A stretch of DNA of 64,000 bases, from the NCBI GenBank assembly GCA_951406725.2, contig OX597817.1, forward strand, positions 95,790,001 through 95,854,000. Reading direction: 5' to 3'. Shown here piece after piece: positions 53,821 to 64,000 of the stretch. The DNA comes from Octopus vulgaris. Taxonomy: Eukaryota. The notes beneath the pieces were generated by a model. It searched no databases and was not told where the DNA came from. It saw nothing but the letters and a program-made list of their open reading frames with translations. Numbering within the stretch: position 1 is the first letter of the stretch; every line of letters starts with the position of its first letter. The position numbers and the translations under genes were made by a program.

Positions 53821-53864
53821 ATACAACGTTTCGGCTGATATACCCTCCAGCCTTCTTCAGGTGT
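53821..53864 (-). ncRNA. Minimal type I hammerhead motif
   Basis: ACAC-CTGAAGA-A-GGCTG-(10 nt)-CAGCC-GAAAC-GTT-GTAT. Stem II is a perfect 5 bp, AACGTT is palindromic and stem I has one mismatch. Confidence 0.7.
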
Positions 53865-53947
53865 CTTGGGGAAATTTCGAACCTGGGTTCTCATTTCTAA
53901 GGCATTTTTCGATGTTGTTGTTTTTATTATTATCATTATTCAGGTCA

Positions 53948-54000
53948 CTGCTAGGAATCGAACTCGGAATTATAAGCCCGCGCTCTTAACCACTACGCCA
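53948..54000 (-). promoter_or_regulatory. tRNA-type Pol III promoter (A and B boxes) inside a PLE pLTR
   Basis: TGGCGTAGTGG ... GAGTTCGATTCC. Copies are at 54287-54341 and about 55575-55622 (+). Confidence 0.7.
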
Positions 54001-57000
54001 TATGCCCGTGGGCAATTATAAAGTGAATTTTAGGGCTTATAAATCTAATAATTTTCTATCCTTCCTTAATACTGGTCCCCATATGCTGCTCATATCTGCA
54101 CTCGGTCTGCTTAGGAGGTTGTTGTGTCCTAGCATATGTGCTGCTTCTTTTAGTTTTCGTACTTTCCAGTGGTGTTCTCTGTCTATTATTTTAATACAGG
54201 GCGAGGTGGTCTCCATTCAAAGGAAGGATAGAAAAATATTAGATTTATAAGCCCTAAAATGCACTCTATAATTACCCACGGGAATATGGCATAGTGGTTG
54301 AGAGCGTGGGCTACTAACCCCAAGATTCCGAGTTCAATTCCAAGCAGATACCTGAATAATATTAATAATAATGATAATATTAATAATAATAATAATAATA
54401 ATAATATCAACAACAACAACAACATCGAAAAATACCCAGGTTCGATATTTCACCAAGACACCTGAAGAAGACTGGAGGGTATACAAGATGACATATCCAT
54501 CGAATGTAAATAAAAATCTATTAACTAGAATATACCTGCGAGACAACAGCTTCCACTACGGCCTCAAGATAGCTACAGAACCTGGCGCATGCGTTCCTCA
54601 CTGTGCCCCTGGGAAGATCTTCGAACACTTTTCCAGAGGTATGGCAAGGAGCCGTATACTGCTGCCACATGTTTGACTTTCCAGCAGCAAGCCTCTCCAG
54701 CTAGGGTTTGATCACAGTCTCCAACACATAGCCGTCTGAATTGAAGAATTCCACCTACTTCACAGAATTGACCAAGGACACCCCCATTGGTAAGTCAGAT
54801 GGTAAGTCTAGATGTGATAAGTCTGTTCACCAAAGTCCCCTGTTCACCAAAGTCCCAACAAGAAAAACTAGTGACAGGCACCTATCAAAAAGATCGCACA
54901 AGTATACCAATACGAAATTTGATGGAAATGTTGACCTTCTGTTTAGAAATTATATATATCGACAAGATGACGGTTTAGCTATGGGTTGGCCATAATAGCC
55001 AATATATACATGGAACACTTTGAGAATCTGGCTTTAGGATCAACACCACTAAGGCCAACCCTATGGCTTCGATATGTTGGTGACACCATTATACTCTGCC
55101 CCCTCCCAGGAAGATATCCAAGTACTGCTAGATCATGTGAACTCAATAAAGCCATCCATACAGTTCACAGTGGAAAAGGAAAAAGACAAACAGCTAGCAT
55201 TCCTGGATGTATCAATAATACGCACTAAGCATGGGTTCAGGACATCCATATACCGCAAGCCATCACTGGATACCTCAAAAGGAGAGAGATTGCTCAGTGC
55301 CTAAAGCATCGAGCAAAGAATATAAGTAGCAATCGTGATACACACCACGAAGAAATGATCAAGCTAAGTAACAATCTATTAAGCAACATAATAGACTGAG
55401 AACACCACTGGAAAATACGAAAACTAAAAGAAGCAGCACATATGCTAGGACACAATAACCTCCTAAGCAGACCAAGTGCAGATATGAGTAGAATATGGGA
55501 ACCGGTATTAAGGAAGGATAAAAAGTATTAGGTTTATAAGCGCTAAAATTCTCTCCATAATTGCCCACGGGTATATAGCGTAAAGGTTAAGAGCATGAGT
55601 TACTAATTCAGAGTTCAATTCCTGGCAGTTCAGTTCCAGGCCTTGAATAAATAATAATAATAATAACATCAGCAAAAATTACTTTTTGAACCCAGGGTTG
55701 GATTCAAAATTCTACCTGGACACATTCAACAACAAGCAAAAGATGAGGACACATATTCGTCCAATATAAATAATGTACAGGATTCCGTATCTCTAAAATA
55801 TAGAACAATATATATATATATATATCATGTGTAGAAAACATAAATCCGGAGAAGCACAATCTAAGATGTAGATAATAATCCTCTTGTTTACATGCGTAAC
55901 GAGGGCTTTCTCCCTCCATATTTTGAAGAATTCTTAGGCCAACAGATTTTGGGGTCTGACGATATGCCATAAAGTTAAACCCTTTATGGACGGGAAACAC
56001 AGGGTTATCCCTTAAACCAGTCTTTCCCAGTAAACTATATTTATACAAATCTATGTGTGTATATATATGCGTGTGTGTATGTATGTATGTATGTATTTAT
56101 ATATATATATGTGTGAGTGAAAAATACGTAAACACCTAATATGAGACAAGTAGGGGACAAATTATCAAAAGAGTCTAACCTCTCCTCAGTTTTCGACTGT
56201 AAAGTACTACCCATTTCAAGCTTTCAACGACAATATAGGAAAACGTCAATGGCAGCAGCTTCCAAAAATTGTAAAAGTACAAAATTTGTGGTGAGTCAGA
56301 GCTTCGAACGAACAAACAACGACAGAGTGGACGTACAGAGTAAACAATCGACGAAGACAAACATTAAGGGCCGTTAGACCAAGACACCTTGTAATGGGTA
56401 ACGCCTGGGAGAAATTTTGAAAGGATAACTGCGAGAGAAGAAAAATAGAAGAGAAAAAAGGGAAAATTGTCTGGAGGCGATAGAAAGTTATGTCCAGCTA
56501 AGTACGCATCGCATCAAGAAATTACAGAGGTGAGAAAAAAAAAGGGCTGTGGTTACATGGGAACAAACAGGCAGAGGAGAAGGGAGGCAAGTGTGAGGAT
56601 GGGGGAAAGAAACAAAGGGAGTGAGATGGGAGAAGAAACGAAAGATACGAAGAAACGAAGGCAGAAGAAATGAAGAGGGGTGGAAGAAAGATAGACTGGG
56701 GACAGCAATGAAGGAGTGGAGAGACGGAAAATAAAGTGGATTGTAAAGGGGTAGAGAGAGAGAGAGAGAGAGAGTGAGAGAAAGAGAGAGAGAGAGAAAG
56801 AAAAAGAAAGAAGAAAGAAAGAAAGAAAGAAAGGGGGCAGAGAGTAGAGTCGCAGAAATTATAAATAAAAGTAAAAACTTACTGTGGAGAAGGCTGCGTG
56901 GCGTTCGATTATAAATAAATAAATATAAAATACATCAAGTACAGATATATACTACGGAGATGTATTTGCATAGCAAGTGACTTGATCTGAGATCGTGTGC

Positions 57001-57176
57001 TGAAACAAAAACAATTGAAAGGTGTTTGTAAGTGATTCAAGAACACACAAAAACCGTAAGTTTCACTTCAACATTTAAATTTTATTTGTGTCAAAATATT
57101 TTCGTCGCTTTGAAACGGCGACATGTTCAATGACAAAACTTCGTGCTGCATCTGAGAAAGTAACAGTTAGTTCATG

Positions 57177-57219
<43 letters not shown>

Positions 57220-57224
<5 letters not shown>

Positions 57225-58020
57225 CAATTTAATAAATAAAACATATGCATACATACATATATGTACATACCTACATCTATATGTATATATACATGCATAT
57301 ATGAGTACAGGACACCACAAATAAACGTAGAACACAACGAGAAACGAAAACATAAAATCAAACAAGGAAACGGACGCATTGAGTCGAAACAGGGGCAGTT
57401 GATGAAGGGGAATATTCCTTGTATTGTTTGTCTTGTACTCCGTTTTTTCGTTGTTAAAAAAAGTCCGTTTCCTTGTTTGATTTTATGTTTTCGTTTCTCG
57501 TTGTGGTCTACGTTTATTTGTGGTGTCCTGTACTCATATATGCATGTATATATACATATAGATTTAGGTATCTCTCTTTTCTCTTTTACTTGTTTCAGTC
57601 ATTTGACTGCGGCCATGCTGGAGCACCGCCTTTAGTCGAGCAAATCGACCCCGGAACTTATTCTTTGTAAGCCCAGTACTTATTCTATCGGTCTCTTATG
57701 CCGAACCGCTAAGTGACGGGGACGTAAACACACCAGCATCGGTTGTCAAGCAATGCTAGGGGGACAAACACAGACACACAAACACCCCCCCCTGCATACA
57801 TATATACGACGGGCTTCTTTCAGTTTCCGTCTACCAAATCCACTCACAAGGCATTGGTCGGCCCGGGTCTATAGCAGAAGACACTTGCCCAAGATGCCAC
57901 GCAGTGGGACTGAACCCGGAACCATGTGGTTGGTTAGCAGGCTACTTACCACACAGCCACTCCTGCGCCTATGTACATATATGTATGTATGCATATATTT
58001 TATTTATTAAATTGTTATTA
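57220..58020. repeat. Inverted repeat of the 8261-9665 family, with the right arm split by a SINE
   Basis: 57270-57375 is the inverse of 57463-57570. 57220-57268 is the inverse of 57972-58020. Confidence 0.8.
57572..57969 (-). mobile_element. Full-length tRNA-derived SINE
   Basis: Reverse complement of the 48528-48955 family. Confidence 0.85.
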
Positions 58021-58060
58021 TATGATTGAACGCCACGCGTCGTTTCTTCTTCTCCAAGTA

Positions 58061-58111
<51 letters not shown>

Positions 58112-59479
58112 GAACAGAGAGAGACATACAGACAGACAGGCAGAGTGAGAGGAGGATGAGGAGGAGAGAGAGAGGAATATAGAGAAAGAGAGAGAGAGGG
58201 GGAGAAACAGACGTACAGAAAGTGACAAAGAGCTTTCGAAAGTGTTTCACTGGTAATTAAAGCTGTAGGTATTTATCGGAGCCTGTATAAGATTTGGTTT
58301 ATGACTATAACAATTTTTATTAACATTTCTACTTTCTTCTCTGCATGAATGTCAAATTATTTATGCTTCGCTTTTCACATACACATTTCTTTAAACATTA
58401 ATTCGACAAAAGACATAAAAATATAGGAATGGCATACAATTTTATATTATATTCCCGAATTATCAAACGAAAGTAATTACTGAACCGAGAATTGCATATT
58501 AATATAACTTGAAAGTTACCTCAAGTGAACAAATAACTATTTTTGTAATAATATTTTTCTTTTATCATAGTTGTGTTTTGAAACATTTTAAAACTAATGC
58601 TTCCAGACGGTGACATTCATAGTACAATCGCATAGTACTAATATAACTATTACAAACTTTCTAAGCACACCTTTAAACTTAAGGATTAGTAAATATCACC
58701 TATACACGCAACAAAAATATTGGATTTAAATGCGCCATTTAATAACGATCAAGCTTCTTATATGTTATGCACAAAGACTTTCCATAAATCCCTGAGAAAA
58801 ATAATATCAAAGTTTTATCACAGACAAGGTTACCGAAGCAATGAGAATCAAAAAACAGAAATTCCACACACACATAAAAATTATCCGAACACACCAAGTT
58901 AATGTAATTTCAGTATCATCATACCCAACAAAGACGCTTGTTTATAAATGATGTTGAGCACTGGGAGAAACTATATCAGTTTGCAAAATTTTCTCCAAAT
59001 CATACTTTACCGTCTTAAGTCAAAGCAAGTCACGTTGAGTAATATAATTCATATTTGTAAGTATGATGAGATGGTCACAGCTGAAATGATTTTAATCACA
59101 TGTCTGCACAATCAGAGCTTATCTAGTGTTATACAACAAAACAACAACCTAATATAAAATTATGTTGAGTTACCAATACATTCTACCTTCCTTCCACAAC
59201 TGTAGAAAATTAGTGACCTCAAACATCATCAGATGAAGAAAACTTTAGTAGCCATTGCACAATATTACAATGATGTGTTAAACATTGCATTTAAGAATTT
59301 GTTTCTTTACCCATCAAACCCTTTTATCTCTCACTCTACATGATATTTGGAAACATGCCTCAGTGTGCCCCTCTCCAAAGAAATGCAACACCTCTGACCC
59401 ATCCAACTATTATCATTTACTCTCACTTCCAACAACTTCAAGGTAATGACGACAGTATTAACAATATCTATTATTTTCT

Positions 59480-60670
59480 ATCATTTTCTACTCCTGATAA
59501 CCTACTCTTTTATGTTACTCATCAATGTGATCTCACTTGAGAGGAGTTTATAAAAAATTACGTTTTTACCTTAGACATCAGCAATTCATTCGATTGTGTT
59601 TTGTATGCAAATCTATCAAACTTCCCACTTATATGCTCCATCCATTTCTCATCTCTTCGATTGATAGTTTTCCATCAGATTGCACTACTGCTGCATGTGT
59701 TGGTGGAGTTCTTTCTGCTTTAGTCTCAATCAACTTAGGTGTTCCCACTGTCCAATTTTGTCCGCTACCCTTCTCCTTCAGCACATCAATTCCTTACTTT
59801 TAGTCACCTCCTAAAATACCCTTTTTTATGCTGGTAGTACGATCCTTCATTCTTCCTTAAATTCCCCTATCCCTGTATCATCCACAAGCAACCTAGACAC
59901 CATACGCCAAATCTGCACTGATCCCGTAAACAGAGACCTGATCTTGAACGCATCCTCCAGAGGAATCAGGTCAACTTTAAACACTACTCATATCAAGAAA
60001 GCGACTACCACATTTCCCTCTGTATTTATGGTACTCAATCACAGCCTTCACAATCGCCCCAAATGCTGGGCCTTACTATCACTGATGATCTCTCCTGGCG
60101 AATGCGCATTCTTAGCTTAGCTAGGACTAGCATTCCTCTTTAGGGTCAGAAGATATTTCAGCCCCCAACAGTTGAGCAAGGTTGAAGCGAAGCCCATAGT
60201 CGAATACTGTTCCAACATCTGGGACATTACTGCTGCCATGCATGCCAATTTTCTGGAAGGCCCTTCGCTGGATGCAACTAATAGGTACTCTATTACTAAC
60301 GGGTACAGTGTAACCTTGTGCTGTCTCCGCAATCTGTTTTAAAGAAAATACTACCGGTATTATAGTGGCCTCTATTCCTCGGAACCGACCGTTCTCACGT
60401 CTACCACTCATGCAGCCCGGCCCACCGTTTTCTACGCCTTTCAACAAGCTTAATATGTAAGGCTCTCTTAACCCCACGATATCCACTATTCTCAGTCCTT
60501 CATTCTCAGAATATAGGTATTTTGGAATTTCATCCCCATTCATAATTTTCTTGTAGGTGTTGACTTCCAACAGTTAAAACAGAACGTTAACAGTATCAAT
60601 CTGTTCATGGGCCCTACCCCATTCTACAAACTCAGCAAATCGAAAAAGGAGATTTAAATAAAAATAAAAT
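59480..60670 (+). pseudogene. Degenerate CR1/L2/Jockey-group LINE reverse transcriptase 3' part
   Basis: Remnants LDIS.SFD.V, GVP....P.PF, YA..T, LGLTITDDLSW..I and P.VEYCSNIW, with an A-rich end. Confidence 0.7.
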
Positions 60671-60782
60671 ATATCCAGAACCAGGGAATTATTTTGCCCC
60701 ACCGTGACGCTATAGAATTTAAATGTATCATCCAGTAAATCCATAAATATCATATGCGAGCATTTCCCACACAATCATATTT

Positions 60783-60985
60783 AGTGCCGCAAAACTACCA
60801 TTTGGTTTTCCACCCCCTTCTCCCTTACCACAATAACACCTGTAGGTAGACTTTTCTTTAAATTAATAGACAAGCATTTCACTAGCTCCCATAGGTACGG
60901 ACCCATTTTCAACAGGCACAACGTTTGAGTCTCGTCTAGCTGCTCCCCCAATTTTAAGAGCCTCCAAGTTATCACTCCTAGGTCA
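60783..60985 (+). pseudogene. PLE internal fragment
   Basis: RKTTIWFSTPFS...VGRLFFKLIDKHFTSSHRYGPIFNRHNV, homologous to 50880-50980. Confidence 0.65.
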
Positions 60986-61425
60986 TAGGAAGAGGCAGGT
61001 TGTTCATGCAGGGACCGCAACAGTTGCCCGGTAAGGTGCCACTGCGAAAGCAAAGAGTTCGTCTATCAAGCCGAAGTATTAGCGAGCCCTGGCAATACCA
61101 CCGGCAGGAGCAATAACGACTGTAGACACGAGAGCGGAGCCAACAACACCGCCAGCATCGCTGCTTCGTCTCCCATCAACACACACATCACACCCCATCA
61201 CACAGCACAATTACTCCGTTGATGACTTTTAAGAGCAGGGTTTAAAACACAAGTGACTGATATTATTCATGTTTCGTCTATATCTTTGCGCCTTGGAATC
61301 TGATTCCGAAGGAATGTTTTTTGTGTACTAGTATATGGCTTTGAAGGCCAGATATTTCTTACAAGATTTGTGACATATGGCACAAGTCGTTAGAGGTGGT
61401 TGGTATCCATGATTATTACCTACGC

Positions 61426-61918
61426 TAGCCAAAATAAGTTTAAGATCGTTAATTTATTTTTAACAAAACTGTATAAAATTATTTTACTTTTCACAGTTTA
61501 TGTAGAATTTTTTTTCTCTTTCGTATGATATAGGTTGTATGTATCTTTCTGCAATTTGAAAATTTTTAATGCGCAATTAATTCAAATGATCAAAAATCGT
61601 CGGCAAAATTTTGTTTAAGACCGTACTAAGATTATGCTATGGAACTAGATACGAATAATAAATTTTTGTTCGTTGATCATTTGTGCTGTAAATGTTCAAT
61701 TTAAACAAAATAATGTTAGTATGGTCTTAAACATATTTTGCCGACAATTTTTAATCATTTGAATTAATTGCGTATTAAAATTATTCAAATTGTAGAAAGA
61801 TATATACAACCTATATCATAGGAAAGAGAAAAAAAATTCTACATAAACTGTGAAAAGTAAAATAATTTTATACAGTTTTGTTGAAAATAAATTAACGATC
61901 TTAAACTTATTTTGGCTA
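61426..61918. mobile_element. MITE-like palindrome (arms about 210 bp, TA ends)
   Basis: TAGCCAAAATAAGTTTAAGATCG ... CGATCTTAAACTTATTTTTGGCTA. Confidence 0.8.
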
Positions 61919-61928
61919 TATATATATA

Positions 61929-61980
61929 GGCGCAGATGAAACTGTGTGACTGTGTGACAAGAGGTTTGCTTATATTATAA

Positions 61981-62032
<52 letters not shown>

Positions 62033-62215
62033 AACCATGTCTGTGTTTGTCCCCCAGCACCACTTGACAACCAGTGATGGTTTGTTTACGTTCCCATAAC
62101 TTAGCAGTTCAACAAAAGATATGATAGGATAAATACTGGGATTGATTCATTCGAATAAACAATTTTCTAGGTGGTACCCCAGCGTGGCTGCAGTCTATTG
62201 ACTGAAACAAGATAA
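61929..62215 (+). mobile_element. Degenerate tRNA-derived SINE
   Basis: Diverged copy of the 48528 family. Confidence 0.65.
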
Positions 62216-62239
62216 AATGGTAAACAGATATACCCTGAG

Positions 62240-64000
62240 TTTCTGCCTTATTATGGAATGCCTGGTTTGGGGTTGAGAATGCAGTGCTCCTCTCTCTCTC
62301 TTTAGATTCCAATGAATAAAGAAATTCCAACACATTTCCAGTTTAAGTCAACTATTTCTCGTCGAAATTTGTCATTTTTTCCTATGGTTAATTTTATCAA
62401 TTTCTGTCTTTATCCATTTCAGGATTCTAGAACTTAAGCTTATCACAAATACGGTTCCAGCGATCTTAACGGAAATCAAATTCCTTCCATAAAATTTGGA
62501 CTTTGGGAAAAGTTTTTAACCAGTGTAGTTTTTTTGTGCAATTTCTCGATGATGTATTGCCTTGCAATATATCATCTAACTTCAGGATTCCTCAATGCTT
62601 GTAGTCATCATCACTTATGTCATTCAATCGTTCTCTAAATCACAATTCGATGCAAGTTACGTGGAATATTTTCTCTCGTTTCATATTAACTCCCATAAAC
62701 TGTCTCGGCGATTCTTGTGGTTCAGACTTTGCAAACAATTTCATATGGTCCATAAGCTACAGATAGTTTGAGGATGAGTTTGGAGTATCTTTGCCTGACC
62801 CTACTTTCACCTTTCTCAGAACTAGTGATATTGATATGAGAGTGGTGATAAAAAGTAATAGGGAAAAAAAGTCGACAGATCGACCTGAAAATGCTTCTCT
62901 TCGTGTCCCCATTGCCTAGTGATTTGTTACATGAGAACAGATTAGCGTGTCAATTATCCATTCTACATCTTACCAATTTCATTAAATTATTTGCAACACC
63001 AAACAACTTCATAGATTCATGAATCCACGAATGAGGCACCATATGAATTTTTTTAATCGGATTCCATCATATTGAAGACTTTCTGAACTTTACAGACTTT
63101 CAGAAGAAGCTAGTACTGCTTATCAAACGCTTAATATCTACACCCTGTACACAATACTTCTTATGAGCTTGCATTTTGTTATGTCTTCTCAGAAAGTATA
63201 CCAGTGAGGCGCTTCTAAAGCACGCTTAAACAAGGAGAAGGTTTGTAATTTCCCAGCTACAAAATATTTCGTGGAGTCCTACAGAGTAAGAGTGAACTGC
63301 CCTTCAGCCATCCAACTTGGTGTCTTCACTCCAATCAACGAATTAAGATATTCACAAAAATAGTATTGATTGAGTTAAAATTAATAACCCGTAATCCTGG
63401 ATATCGTCTGAATCTGAACCTTTCCAGTTGGTAATTTTTTAACCGGGATACTGGTACTACTTTGAAATATTATCAAACCACTAAGTGCTTACAATGAGAT
63501 TCAGAGTAGTTTCCTACAAGTCGTCCTAGAAGGTCAATGCTTTGTACGGTAGATGGCAAATGTTTAACGTCAAACTCTGGAAAAATATCTTCTTTCGATT
63601 ACTATTAGTCATTTCTGTTAAAAATGTATTCTCTCTGTGTTATTTGAGATTCGTATTCTTTGTAATTAATTTGCCGTTTCAGCTCTTCCATAGTAGTAGG
63701 TCAAATTTCTAAGCCGCTATTTTTTGTCCAGGCTCTCTTTTTCATCTTCTCTTTTTCTTTATTCCTCTATGCCAACTATCGATTCTCTTAAAACTTTGCT
63801 TTCTATCCTTCGCATCAACTATAACTCTATAATGTTATTGTCTTTCCAATACTTTATAATCAGTTCTCTCATCTATGATGACTTCTAATGAACATGATTA
63901 GCAGTTATGGTTTCTTTCCACACTTTGTACCCTTCGACAGTATTGAGATTGTGCAACATAATTATGGTCTGTTTTATGCTTGCAGTTCGATGTTATTAAT
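62240..64000 (-). pseudogene. Degenerate R4/Dong-like non-LTR RT
   Basis: Minus-strand remnants NYKPSPCL...KRLTGI, MVPHSWIHESMKLFGV, FQ.D...PLLF and MDHMKLFAK. Confidence 0.7.

Larger units (their letters stand above)
53742..55810 (+). mobile_element. Degenerate Penelope-like element with tRNA-containing pLTRs (inverted copy 53742-54200; direct copies 54210-54520 and 55390-55810)
   Basis: RT fragments at 54700-55300: SLDVISLFTKVP, YRQDDGLAMG, IANIYMEHFE, WLRYVGDT and IQFTVEKEKDKQLAFLDV...IYRKP. Confidence 0.88.

Noticed and set aside
60127-60570. 147-aa minus-strand ORF
   Set aside because: It is antisense to the degenerate LINE RT on the plus strand.

Overview
This is a repeat-saturated, AT-rich animal (eukaryotic) window. 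The SINE families, (TA)n/(CA)n load and Penelope content suggest an octopus genome (inference). One host gene is visible on the + strand: a single-VWA-domain protein with exons at 24802-24826, 32889-33040, 37316-37754 and 46685-46818. The rest is mostly mobile DNA: Penelope-like elements (PLEs) and their pseudo-LTRs in tandem and inverted arrays, Helitrons, Tc1/mariner and piggyBac relics, LINE relics (gag-like ORF1, CR1/L2-like, R4/Dong-like), tRNA-derived SINEs and MITE-like palindromes. The main signal not shown by the ORF track is RNA structure: several unrelated repeat families carry hammerhead-ribozyme (HHR) motifs. Three stand out: a 587-bp tandem/inverted non-coding array with one HHR per unit (retrozyme-like), a PLE terminal repeat with a tRNA-type Pol III promoter directly upstream of an HHR, and a circularly permuted (type II-like) HHR variant in an 881-bp tandem repeat with a putative intron. 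All structures were folded by eye and no activity has been tested.
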